The translations under genes and the position numbers were made by a program. A stretch of 64,000 nt of DNA. Origin: an uncultured Microthrixaceae bacterium. Its GTDB lineage: Bacteria; Actinomycetota; Acidimicrobiia; Acidimicrobiales; Acidimicrobilacustridaceae. Positions 8,903 through 18,363 of this stretch are shown here, in pieces. How positions within the stretch are numbered: the stretch's first letter is position 1; every line of letters begins with the position of its first letter. Below the pieces are notes generated by a model, which saw only the letters and a program-made list of their open reading frames with translations, ran no database searches and was not told the origin of the DNA. Where the stretch lies: assembly GCA_963776435.1 (NCBI GenBank), contig CAVZMK010000006.1, positions 472,895 to 536,894 on the forward strand, given 5' to 3'.

Positions 8903-9903
8903 GTGACAGGGGCGGGCTCGCAGGTCGTCGCCGGCATCGATGTCGGCGGCACGAAGATCCTGGGTCGAGTGCTCGATCCCGACGACGCGCGGCGGAGCTT
9001 GGTCGAGGTGCGGGCCGACACGCCGCGAGGGGCCGACGCGATCGCGGCGGCGCTGGTCGAGGTCGTCGCCGAGCTCCGGGAAAGGTTGGTGGCGACCGGG
9101 CGGGGAGATCTCACCGGTGTCGGCGTCGGGATCGCCGGACTGGTCGACCGCGAGGGCATCCTGCGCTTCGCGCCGAACCTGCCGGGGGTGATCGGCTTCG
9201 ACGTCGCCCGGCCGCTGTCGAACGCGCACGGGGCTGGTCGTGTCGGTCGACAACGACGCCAACTGCGCGACGTTGGCCGAACACCGGGTGGGTGCCGGTA
9301 TCGGCGCGACCGACCTCGTGCTGGTCACGCTGGGTACAGGGATCGGCGGCGGCGTGATCGCCGGCGGGCAGCTCCAGCGCGGGGCGGCCGGCTTCGCGGG
9401 CGAGCCCGGGCACATGGTCGTCGATCCGAACGGTCCACCGTGTCCGTGCGGGCGGCGGGGGTGTTGGGAGCGGTACGCGTCCGGCAGTGGGCTCGGCCGC
9501 TTGGCGCGAGACGCCGCCGTACGCGGGTCGGGCGGACGCCGTCGTCGCCCTGGCCGGCGGCGATCCGGAGGACGTCCGGGGCGAGCACGTCACCGACGGC
9601 CGCCGCCGACGGCGATGCCGACGCCATCGAGGTGCTCCGCGACTTCGCCTGGTGGGTGGCACTCGGCGTCGTCGAACCTCGAGAACCTGCTCGATCCCGA
9701 GGTGGTGGTGATCGGGGGTGGGCTGGCCGAGGCCGGGGAGCTGCTCCTGGCGCCCGACCCGCGAGGCGTACGCGACGCTCGTGCTCGGCTACGAGCAGCG
9801 ACCGCCCGTGCGCATCGTGGATGCGGCGCTGGGTCCCGAGGCGGGTGCCATCGGCGCGGGCCTGATCGTCTCGCCGACGCGGTCGCGGGCGACGCCCGGC
9901 TGA
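8903..9903 (+). pseudogene. ROK-family sugar kinase (glucokinase-like), 5 frame breaks
   Basis: Blocks: AGIDVGGTKILGRV (frame of ORF 8903); VDNDANCATLAEHRVGAG...LGTGIGGGVI...GEPGHMVVDPNGPPCPCGRRGCWERYASG, the ROK zinc motif (ORF 9240); then ORF 9487; then DGDADAIEVLRDFAWWVALGV (8903 frame); NLENLLDPEVVVIGGGLAEAGELLL (9240 frame); and IVDAALGPEAGAIGAGL (ORF 9718). Breaks are at roughly 9.23, 9.53, 9.59, 9.67 and 9.75 kb. Every step is +1. Length 1001 nt = 2 mod 3. Confidence 0.75.
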
Positions 9904-9967
9904 TCACCCCGTTTCGGAGGGAATCGTGGGCGGGAGGGGGAGGGGAGCGGGAGTACCGTTGCGCGCC

Positions 9968-11144
9968 ATGGAGTTCCGCCGGATCACGTCGCTGCCGCCC
10001 TACGTCTTCACCATCATCGACACGCTGAAGGTCGAGGCCCGGCGAGCCGGCGCCGACGTGATCGACCTGGGCTTCGGCAACCCGGACTTCCCCTCGCCCG
10101 ACGTGGCGGTCGAGAAGCTGGCCGAGGCCGTGCACAACCCCCGCAACCACCGCTACTCCTCGAGCCGGGGCATCCCGAAGCTGCGCCAGGCGTTCGCCGA
10201 CCTCTACCTGCGGCGGTTCGGCGTGGAGCTCGACCCCGAGACCGAGGTGATCAACACCATCGGGGCCAAGGAGGGGTTCTCGCACCTGATGTGGACGCTG
10301 CTGCAACCGGGCGACGCCGCGCTGGTGCCGTCCCCGTCCTATCCGATCCACATCTACGGCCCGCTGCTGGCCGGCGCCGACATCCGCGAGGTGCCGCTGG
10401 GCACCGGGACCGACTTCTTCGAGAGCCTGACCGAGGCGTGGGACTACTCGTGGCCGAAGCCACGGGTCATCGTGATGTCGTTCCCGCACAACCCGACCAC
10501 CACCTGCGTCGACCTCGACTTCATGCAGACGCGTCGTCGACTTCGCCCGCGAGCACGACGTGGTGGTGGTGCACGACAACGCCTACGCCGAGATCGGCTT
10601 CGACGGCTACTCGCCGCCGTCGATCCTCCAGGCCGAGGGCGCCAAGGAGGTGGCCGTCGAGCTCTACTCGATGACCAAGTCCTTCTCGATGGCGGGATGG
10701 CGGGTGGCGTTCATGGCCGGCAACCGCGAGGTCATCGCCGCGCTGACCAAGCTCAAGAGCTACCTCGACTACGGCACGTTCCAGCCCATCCAGATCGCCG
10801 CCACCGTGACCATGAACGAGGCATCCGACTACCCGAAGGTGGTCAACGAGATGTACCAGGCTCGGCGCGACGTGCTCTGCGGCGGGCTCGAGCGCATCGG
10901 CTGGCCGGTCGAGCCCCCGATGGGCACGATGTTCGTCTGGGCGCCGATCCCCGAGCCCTACCGCGAGATGGGCTCGGTCGACTTCGCGTCGTACCTCGTG
11001 CGCGAGGCCGAGGTGGCGGTGTCACCGGGCGTCGGATTCGGTCCCGGCGGCGACGGCCACGTCCGGTTCGCGCTCATCGAGAACGAGCAGCGCACCAACC
11101 AGGCCGTCCGCAACCTCCGCCGCGCCCTCACCAAGCTCGGCTGA
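9968..11144 (+). pseudogene. class I/II PLP-dependent aminotransferase (AlaA/AspC-like), one +1 frame break
   Basis: The N-terminal part is in ORF 9926-11233 (MEFRRITSLPPYVFTIIDTLKVEARRAG...YSSSRGIPKLRQA...SFPHNPTT). The C-terminal part is in ORF 10560-11144 ([13 protein letters not shown]...[15 protein letters not shown] with the PLP lysine). The break is near 10.53 kb. Length 1177 nt = 1 mod 3. Confidence 0.8.
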
Positions 11145-11253
11145 GCCTCGCGGATCGGTCCTGGCCGACCCGGAAGCGGTCGCCTCGCGCTCGAGGCCTC
11201 GGGCTCGAGGACGAACTGCCCAGGGGTTGCTGATTCCGGTTGCCTCTGGAGGC

Positions 11254-11292
11254 TGTCTCGTTCTGTCTCGCGACGCGAGACAGAACGAGACA
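11254..11292. repeat. perfect 39-bp palindrome (19-bp arms around a single A)
   Basis: tgtctcgttctgtctcgcg a cgcgagacagaacgagaca. It is unusually AT-rich for this DNA. It lies 110 nt after the aminotransferase stop and 99 nt before the next ORF, with no U-tract. Confidence 0.85.
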
Positions 11293-11390
11293 CCGTGCAG
11301 AGGGATGCTGAAGGGTCGGTCCGGCACGGGTGCATGACCGCATGATCAGGGCAGGGCCGCGGGTACTCAACCCCCAACTAGGGTGCTCGT

Positions 11391-11654
11391 ATGGCGTTGT
11401 CGGACGGTGATCCGGAACGGATATCGACCGGCAAGCTGGTGCTCTTCTGTGCGCTCGCGCCGGCCGCAGGGGTGGCACTGTTCGGGCTCGTCATCTCCCT
11501 GCAGGTGGCGATCGGCGGTGACTCGAACTCGGGTTGGCCCAACGGATGGACCTCGGTCATCCAGTGCGCGCTGGTTCTCGCCGTCGTCGGAGTCGGCCTG
11601 GCCTGGGTCGTCTGGACCGAACGCGAACGCATGGCGGCTTTGATCCGACGTTGA
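11391..11654 (+). CDS. small two-helix membrane protein, hypothetical
   Basis: ORF-track 11391-11654, 87 aa, with two hydrophobic segments. Weak SD-like agggtg upstream. No family recognised. Confidence 0.4.
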   Translation: MALSDGDPERISTGKLVLFCALAPAAGVALFGLVISLQVAIGGDSNSGWPNGWTSVIQCALVLAVVGVGLAWVVWTERERMAALIRR

Positions 11655-11675
11655 GCCCCCGGGGAGGGCCGCGGA

Positions 11676-12276
11676 TCAGGCGGGGACGGGTTCGACCAGG
11701 AGGCCGTCGAGGCAGAAGAGGACGGCCGCGTCGGCGACCTCGGACCAGGGGCGGCCCTGCTCGTGCACGAACCGTCGGGCCAGGTGGCGTCGTGACGCCC
11801 AGGATGGCGTGGGCGATGAGCTCGGGATCGCTGTCGCGGATCTCGCCGCGGGTGATCGCCTCGGTCACGTGCCGAGCGGCGTCGGCCACCGCGGTCTGCT
11901 CGCCCTTGCGGAGGGCCGGGGCGAAGCGCTCCTCGGTCACCGCGAAGGCGAAGAGCTGGTGGAGCTGCGGATGCTCGCTCGACCAGCGCATCGACGCCCG
12001 GATACCGAGGGCGATGCGCCGGACCGGATCGTCCTCGTCCTCGATGGCCTGCTGCTGCGTGCGCCGCAGGTCGTGCTGCGCTTCGCGGAGGATCTCGAGG
12101 AAGAGCTCCTCCTTGCTGGAGAAGTACCAGTAGAAGACGCCCTTGCCCACGCCGAGGCCCTGCACGATCTCCGCCACCGAGGTGGGGTGGTACCCCTGGT
12201 CGGCGAAGCGCTGCGCCGCGAAGTCCATCAGCTGCTGGCGGCGCTCGCGCCCGCGCTGCGTGAGGCGGCGGTTCAT
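11676..12276 (-). pseudogene. TetR/AcrR-family transcriptional regulator, one +1 frame break
   Basis: The N-terminal HTH is in the frame of ORF 11557-12807 from MNRRLTQRGRERRQQLMDFAAQRFADQGYHPTSVAEIVQGLGVGKGVFYWYFSSKEELF. After ...ELIAHAILGVT the sequence continues in a third frame as RHLARRFVHEQGRPWSEVADAAVLFCLDGLLVEPVPA* (hand translation). The stop TGA is the complement of 11676-11678. The break is near 11.79 kb. Length 601 nt = 1 mod 3. Confidence 0.75.
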
Positions 12277-12300
12277 GGGGCGCCACGGTACACAGAACTT

Positions 12301-12312
12301 GACCGCGCGGTC
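12301..12312. promoter_or_regulatory. 12-bp perfect palindrome GACCGCGCGGTC upstream of the TetR gene (candidate operator)
   Basis: It lies 25 nt upstream of the TetR start codon. It sits inside the only low-GC stretch of the 64-nt gap (cacagaacttGACCGCGCGGTCtagaaagtacgagttcc), flanked by imperfect gaactt/gagttc arms. Confidence 0.25.
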
Positions 12313-12340
12313 TAGAAAGTACGAGTTCCGGACCGGGCGC

Positions 12341-13217
12341 TCAGCGATCGAGCCCTTGGTGTGGCGGCGGATGCGTACCCGCTCCGCCGCGGACAGGCGC
12401 GGCCGGCCCAGGAGGCGATGCCAGCGGGTGATGACTCCCCATCGGGCCCGCTGCCACCCACGGAGCTTGGCCGGTTGCTCGGCGTCGGTCAGCGGGTAGG
12501 GCCGACCCGCCGCCTCGCGCACCGCGGCGGAGGGGTCGGGGCTCGACCGGATGAGGTCGACCCACCAGGCCTGCTCGACGAACGGACGCGTGCGGTAGAC
12601 GTCGCGGCGGGCGGTGGCCGACAGCTTCACGCTGGTCAGGCTCGTCCACCCACCGGGTGGCGGTGCGGGCGGACAGGCGCATCCAGAGGTCGGCCTCGGG
12701 ATCGAGCGCGCCGGTGGCACTGGGCGGGCGCCAGCGATCCGACCGCCTCGGCCAGGTCGCGGCGATGCAGGACGGACGTCGGCGGGATCCAGGCTGCCGG
12801 GCGTCATGGTCCAGCCGTCGCTCGGGGAACGTGACCAGCGGCCGGCCGGGGCTGACCATCAACGTCGTGGCGTGCACCATGCCCGACCTCGCCGCCGACG
12901 GCACCGACGAGCGTGGCCAGGTGGCCGGGCAGCCAGAGGTCGTCGTGGCCGAGGTAGGCGACGAGCTCGCCGCGGCCCGGCGGATGCCCTCGGCGTTCGG
13001 CCCGGACTGGTGGCCAGTGTTGGTCGCCAGGTTCGAGCCACGGACCGCGGGTCGCCGTCGGGCGGCCACGACCACCTCGGCCGACTCGTCGGTGCAGCCG
13101 TCCCCGACCACGAGCAGCTCGAAGTCGGTGAAGGTCTGGTCGAGCACGCTGCCGATGCGAGAACGGCAGCACCGGCGCCCAGTTGTAGGTCGCCATGACG
13201 ACCGTGACCCGCGGCAT
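12341..13217 (-). pseudogene. GT2-family glycosyltransferase, frame broken about 4 times; 3' end uncertain
   Basis: MPRVTVVMATYNWAPVLPFS (ORF 12804-13217), LDQTFTDFELLVVGDGCTDESAEVV and NLATNTGHQSGPNAEGIRRA (ORF 12341-13147), and GELVAYLGHDDLWLPGHLATLV (ORF 12804-13217 again) are GT-A/GT2 hallmarks scattered over frames. The later part (WVDLIRSSPDPSAAVREAAG...) lies in the frame of ORF 11557-12807. The stop was chosen at 12341. Length 877 nt = 1 mod 3. Confidence 0.6.
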
Positions 13218-13237
13218 CAGCTCCGATCAGGCGGCGG

Positions 13238-13818
13238 TCACCACCAGCGCAACGGGACGATCTCCTCGGCCTCGGGGACTCGTAGGGCAGGTCGAGCGCG
13301 TCGGGGCCGTCGTGCTCGTACTGCGACGAGGGCATGTTGATGATGTAGGCCTCGTCGATCCCGATGTTCTTCCACCCGTGGTACAGGTTCGGCGGGATCA
13401 CGAGCAGCCCGGGGTTGCGCTCGCTCACCCGGAACTCGTTGACCGACCCGCACGTGGGCGAGTCCTCGCGGCCGTCGTAGACGACGATCGACACGAGCCC
13501 GTGCACGACGAAGAGCCGATCGGTCGACGCCTGGTGCAGGCCCCAGGCCCGGATGCGTCCGGCCAGGGTCGTGGTGAGGTGCACCTGCACGACGTCAGGT
13601 CGATCTCGGGCCAGCGGGCCGCGGGCGACCTCGGCGACCGTGCCGTCCTCGTGGGGCACCGGACGGGTGGGCCGGAAGCGGACGCCGTCGATCGGATCCT
13701 GGCGCAGCGCGCCCGACGCGTCGACCGCCGATTGCTTGGGGACGAGCGACCCGTACCCTCGGATCCTGGACTCGGCCACGGGGCGAGTGTAGGTGGGGCG
13801 GGGTGCGTACCTGGGCAC
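13238..13818 (-). pseudogene. dTDP-4-dehydrorhamnose 3,5-epimerase-like (RmlC) cupin protein, frame broken near its 3' end
   Basis: ORF 12859-13818 carries IDGVRFRPTRPVPHEDGTV...IRAWGLHQASTDRLFVVHGLVSIVVYDGREDSPTCGSVNEFRV...LVIPPNLYHGWKNIG. The natural-looking C-terminus PEAEEIVPLRWW* is in ORF 13238-13453. The break is near 13.28 kb (gagtccccgagg). AGGAG precedes GTG 13818. Confidence 0.65.
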
Positions 13819-13902
13819 CTTCTCCTGCCGGTCGGCGAACGGTCACGTGATGCTCGCGAGCCGGAAACATGCCGTTCACCGACCCGCCGTACCCTCGACC
13901 GC

Positions 13903-14754
13903 ATGACCTCGACCTATGTGGTGCGCATGTGGCTACCGGACCGCCCGGGTGCCCTGGGTCAGGTGGCCAGTCGAGTCGGCGCCGTCGGCGGTGACGTGGT
14001 GGGCATCGACATCCTCGAACGGGGCGGCGGCCGCGCGATCGACGAGCTCGTCATCGAGCTCCCGGGACCCGATCTCGTCGACCTGCTGCTCAACGAGCTC
14101 CACCAGGTCGACGGGGTCGACGTCGAGACCATCACCCCCGCGGCCGAGTCGCTGCGCGACCCCCGCCTCGACGCGCTCGAGACGGCCGCCCTGCTGGTGG
14201 GAGCCAGCACGCGCCACGAGGCGTTGCGGGCGCTGTGCGAGCACTCGGTGCGCACGATCGGCGCGGCATGGTCCGCGGTCGTGGCGCTCGAAGGCCCCGA
14301 CATCGTCGCCCAGCAGGGTGATGTCCCCCCCGTGCCGTGGCTGGTGGCCTACGTCAAGGGCAGCCAGTCCTCGGCACGCGTCGCGGGGGGCAACGGTGGC
14401 CCTGCCGATGTGGTCTGGGCGCCACTGCCGGGTGCCGACATGGCGCTCGTGCTCGGTCGTGACGGGAACCCGTTCCGTGCTCGGGAGCGGCGTCAGGCGG
14501 CAGCGCTGGCGCGGATCGTCGACACCAGGTTTCGCGAGCTGAGCGAGGTCGAGGCGCGCGTCGCCCACCCGTCGCGGCGCGGAGTTCAGGTGTCGGACCA
14601 GGAACCGGCGCGCTCGACGCCGCGGCGCCAGCGCGCGTGGTCGGCGTCGGCGTCCGCCGGCGATCGGGACGGCTCGACCGAGGTGTCGAGCACCCAGTTG
14701 GCGGAGATGTCGGCACACGAGTCCCACACCCCCTCGGCCAACCCGGCGAGGTAG
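13903..14754 (+). CDS. ACT-domain protein with a C-terminal sensor-like region; 3' end uncertain
   Basis: Part of ORF-track 13195-14754, from ATG 13903. YVVRMWLPDRPGALGQVASRVGAVGGDVVGIDIL is a typical ACT beta-alpha-beta start. The last 169 nt overlap convergent glpK, so the true stop may differ. Confidence 0.55.
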   Translation: MTSTYVVRMWLPDRPGALGQVASRVGAVGGDVVGIDILERGGGRAIDELVIELPGPDLVDLLLNELHQVDGVDVETITPAAESLRDPRLDALETAALLVGASTRHEALRALCEHSVRTIGAAWSAVVALEGPDIVAQQGDVPPVPWLVAYVKGSQSSARVAGGNGGPADVVWAPLPGADMALVLGRDGNPFRARERRQAAALARIVDTRFRELSEVEARVAHPSRRGVQVSDQEPARSTPRRQRAWSASASAGDRDGSTEVSSTQLAEMSAHESHTPSANPAR

Positions 14755-16106
14755 GCGGCCCCGAGCGCGGTCGTCTCCTGCACCTGCGGGCGGCTCACCG
14801 GCACCTGCAGCTGGTCGGCCTGGAGCCGGAGCAACAGGTCCATGACCGACGCGCCGCCGTCGGCGCGCAGCTCGGAGACCGCCGATCCCGAGGCGGCCGT
14901 CATCGCGTCGACGACGTCGCGGGTCTGGAACGCCATCGCTTCGATGACCGCGCGGGCGAGATGGGCGCGGCCCGTGCCGCGGGTGATGCCGAGGATCGTG
15001 CCGCGTGCGTAGGGATCCCACCACGGGCTGCCGAGTCCGGTGAACGCGGGCACGAGCACGACGCCCTCGGTGTCGTCGATCGACTCGGCGAGTGGCCCGA
15101 CCTCGGCTGACTCGGTGATGATCCCCAACCCGTCGCGCAGCCACTGCACGGCCGCACCGGTGACGAAGATCGCGCCTTCGAGGGCGTAGTGGGTGATGTC
15201 GCCCGACCGTCCCGGTTCGATGGCGCCGGCCGGCACCGTCCAGGCGATGGTGGTCAGCAGCCCTTCGACCGGGTCGGGACAGGTCTCACCCACGTTCATC
15301 AGCACGAACGAGCCGGTTCCGTAGGTGTTCTTGGTCATGCCCGGCGCGAAGCAGGCCTGCCCGAACAGCGCGGCCTGCTGGTCGCCGGCAATGCCGCTGA
15401 CCGGGATGCCGGCGCCGACCCCGGCAACCGTCGCGGCCGTCACCCCGAGGCGGCCCGACGACGCGCACACCTCGGGCAGCATCGTGGCCGGGACGGAGAA
15501 GAGGTCGCAGAGCTCGGGCGACCATGACCGCTCGACGATGTCGAACAAGAGGGTGCGGCTGGCGTTGGACACGTCGGTCGCGTGCACCGCGCCTGCGTCA
15601 GCCGTCGAACCCGTGAGGTTCCAGAGCAACCACGAGTCGATCGTCCCGAAGGCCACGTCGGCGCTCGCCTCGACGCCACCTTCGGTCAGCAGCCACTCGA
15701 GCTTGGTGGCCGAGAAGTACGGATCGAGCACGAGTCCGGTCGTCTGGCGCACGAGGTCGAGGTGGCCAGCGTCGCGCAGCTCGTCGCAGCGCCGGGCGGT
15801 CCTCCTGTCCTGCCACACGATGGCGCGGTGCAACGGCCGACCGGTTCGCCGGTCCCACACGACCGTCGTCTCCCGCTGATCGGTGATCCCGATCGCCGCG
15901 ACGGGCTGGTCGAGCGAGGCCACGAGCTCGCCCAACGTGTGCTGCACCGCCCGCCAGATCTCGTCCGCGTCGTGCTCGACCCATCCCGGTCGGGGGAAGT
16001 GCTGCTCGAACTCGACGTATCGCGACCCCACGACGTGGCCCGAGTGGTCGAAGGCGATGCTGCGGACCCCGGTGGTCCCCGCGTCGAGGGCGATCACGAC
16101 GGACAT
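14586..16106 (-). CDS. glpK: glycerol kinase
   Basis: The C-terminal 506 aa of ORF-track 14586-18047, starting at MSVVIALDAGTTGVRSIAFDH. FGGY-family blocks present: GWVEHDADEIW, ITDQRETTVVWDR, GTGSFVLMNVG. No frame breaks. Confidence 0.9.
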   Translation of the reverse strand: MSVVIALDAGTTGVRSIAFDHSGHVVGSRYVEFEQHFPRPGWVEHDADEIWRAVQHTLGELVASLDQPVAAIGITDQRETTVVWDRRTGRPLHRAIVWQDRRTARRCDELRDAGHLDLVRQTTGLVLDPYFSATKLEWLLTEGGVEASADVAFGTIDSWLLWNLTGSTADAGAVHATDVSNASRTLLFDIVERSWSPELCDLFSVPATMLPEVCASSGRLGVTAATVAGVGAGIPVSGIAGDQQAALFGQACFAPGMTKNTYGTGSFVLMNVGETCPDPVEGLLTTIAWTVPAGAIEPGRSGDITHYALEGAIFVTGAAVQWLRDGLGIITESAEVGPLAESIDDTEGVVLVPAFTGLGSPWWDPYARGTILGITRGTGRAHLARAVIEAMAFQTRDVVDAMTAASGSAVSELRADGGASVMDLLLRLQADQLQVPVSRPQVQETTALGAAYLAGLAEGVWDSCADISANWVLDTSVEPSRSPADADADHARWRRGVERAGSWSDT

Positions 16107-16159
16107 GGCGGCGAGGCTACAGCGACGGGTCGGCGGCGGACCCGTCGCCAGTGAGTGGG

Positions 16160-16795
16160 TCAGAGCTGGGGGTAGCTGCCCGCGTCGATGGCGGCCCCGG
16201 CGGGCGAGGTGCCCGAGTCGAGGGGCACCTGCGCCGGCTGACCCACGATCGAGAACTTCACCGCGTCGATGCCGTTGAGCTCGGTCAGCGTGAAGACGAT
16301 CTCGGCGAAGGCCAGCTTCTGCTGGAGGCTCACGACGGTGGAGTCGAGGTGCGACAGGTCGAGCTCGAGCACGTTGCCGTCGAGCGACGCGTCGAGGATG
16401 CGCAGGTTCGAGGGGATGGCGTTGGTGAGGCTGGCCGTGGCTGGTCGCGACGATGGCTGGTCGGCGATCAGCACCGCGAGCACGGCCTCGGCCTGCGAGA
16501 CGATGGTGGACTTCTCGGCGACCTCGACCGTGACGGGTTGCAGGACCGTGCGGGTGGGCGTGGTACGCACGAGGTAGATCTTCAGCGACTGGAACCCGCC
16601 GGAGCCGTGGAGCTGGGTCGTGGTCGTACCTGCGCTGAGCGCAGCCGGCATGTCGTGGCGATCGAGGAGCCGGGGTGAGTGGTCCGTCGGGATGCCGCAG
16701 GCGACGACGACCAGGCCGACGACGGCCAGTACGACCGACGTGGCGACGACGTGGCGCCGGCGCGGGCGGGGCGCATCGGGTCCGCCCGTGTTCAC
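16160..16795 (-). CDS. GerMN-domain lipoprotein in the LpqB position of an mtrAB-lpqB-type operon
   Basis: Part of ORF-track 16160-17203, from GTG 16795 (VNTGGPDAPRPRRRHVVATSVVLAVVGLVVVACG). It has a signal peptide plus a lipobox Cys. The later part (SQAEAVLAVLIADQP...ELNGIDAVKFSIVGQPAQVP) looks like a germane/GerMN domain. Its start overlaps the kinase stop (GTGA). Confidence 0.6.
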   Translation of the reverse strand: MNTGGPDAPRPRRRHVVATSVVLAVVGLVVVACGIPTDHSPRLLDRHDMPAALSAGTTTTQLHGSGGFQSLKIYLVRTTPTRTVLQPVTVEVAEKSTIVSQAEAVLAVLIADQPSSRPATASLTNAIPSNLRILDASLDGNVLELDLSHLDSTVVSLQQKLAFAEIVFTLTELNGIDAVKFSIVGQPAQVPLDSGTSPAGAAIDAGSYPQL

Positions 16796-18336
16796 GGCAC
16801 GCTCGACTCTTCGGGAAGCATCGTGCTGTCCGGCGTCTCGGTGACGACCTCGCGCAGCGCCTCGACGTCGTCGGCCGACGGGAGCGGCACCACCGGCAGC
16901 TCGACGACGAACCGGGCGCCGGGTTGCGCCGTCGCGCCGGTCCTCGACCCAGACCTGGCCGCCGTGCAGGCGCACGTGCTCGTCGACGAGCGCGAGACCG
17001 AGCCCGACGCCGCTGTCGCTGGCGCGGTTGCCGCTCTCGCTGCCCCGGGAGAATCGGTCGAAGATGACCTCGCGCTCGGCCTCGGGTACGCCGTTGCCCC
17101 GATCCTCGATGGCGATCTGCACGACCTCGCCGACCAGCTCGATCGAGACGTCGGTGGCGCCGCCGGCGTACTTCTCGGCGTTGTCGAGCAGGTTGGCGAG
17201 CACGCGGGCGAAGCGTCGCTTGTCGACGCGCGACGATGACCTCGGCGACGTCCTCGTCGTAGCGCACCGGGATCCCGCCGCCGCCGAGCACCTGCACGGC
17301 CTGGATCACCATCTCGGCGACCAGCACGTCCTCGAGGTGGAGCTGGATGGCGCCGGCGTCGAAGCGGCTGATCTCGAGGAGGTCCTCGACGAGCTGCTGG
17401 AACCGGTCGACGTCGGCCGACGAGCAGGTCGAGCGCGGTCTGCGGCCCGCTCGGGGATCTCGGACCGGCTGTTCTCGAGCACCTCGACCGACGCGGCGAG
17501 GGTCATCAGCGGCGAGCGCAGCTCGTGGCTCACCTCGGATGGCGAATCGCGCGTCGCGCTCGACACGGTCCTCGAGTGCCTGGGCCATGTGGTTGAACGG
17601 CACCGCCAGCACGTCGAGGTCGGGGTCCTCGCCCACGACCAACCGGGTGTCGAGCCGGCCGCCGGCGATCGCCTCGGCCGCGGCCCCGACGTCGAGCAGG
17701 GGGGCGAGCGCGCGCCGGGCGGCCCACCAGCCGAGGAAGCCGCCGGCCGCAGTGGTCAGCAAGCCGGCACCGAGCAGGATGATGGCCAGCGTGTCGAGGG
17801 TGTGGCCCACCTCGTTGAACGACACGCCCTCGAAGTAGGACGCATGCACGTCCGGAAGCGGGACGCCGACCGCGAAGAAGGTCTGGCCCATGTGGGTGAA
17901 GCGCATGCGGGCCGGGCTGCCGCCCAGGACCGTCTTGCGCAGCGCCGGCGGGAGCGCGTCCTGGCCGAACCCGACGGTCTTCTCGTACCAGCTGCCGTCG
18001 TGCTCGATCACCGGCTCGGCGCCGTCGGGGGTCGGCAACGAGCTCATCAGGCGGTCGATCGTCGTTGTTCTCGGAGCGGAGCCCGTCGTGGACAGTCACG
18101 GCGTTGGCGAACGCGCGCGACACCGCGCTGTCCTCGCGCTGCTTGAGCAGGTTCTGGCGGGTCAGCCCGAAGTCGTCACCGCCAACAGGAACGACATGCA
18201 GCGCGGCGCCGAGGGCGTAGGTCAGGGTCAGCCGGGCCCGGAGGCCGAGCCGTCGCCGTCGGATGGTGGTTCGCCGGAAGCGCAACGGTGGTGATCTACT
18301 CCCCGGGGAGGGTGTGGAAGGCCCCGGTCGCCCCAC
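16792..18336 (-). pseudogene. mtrB: MtrB-like sensor histidine kinase, about 6 frame breaks
   Basis: The TM/HAMP part (FLGWWAARRALAPLLDVGAAAEAIAGGRLDTRLVV...FNHMAQALEDRV) is in ORF 14586-18047. The H-box SHELRSPLMTLAASVEVLE is in ORF 17306-17566. LLEISRFDAGAIQL is back in the first frame. The N/G boxes LANLLDNAEKYAGG...IEDRGNGVP...GLGLALV are in ORF 16160-17203. The tail ARFVVELPVVP...SSVP* is in a further frame (hand translation). Length 1545 nt = 0 mod 3. Confidence 0.75.
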
Positions 18337-18363
18337 CGCCCTGATGACGGCGCCCGGGCGGGC

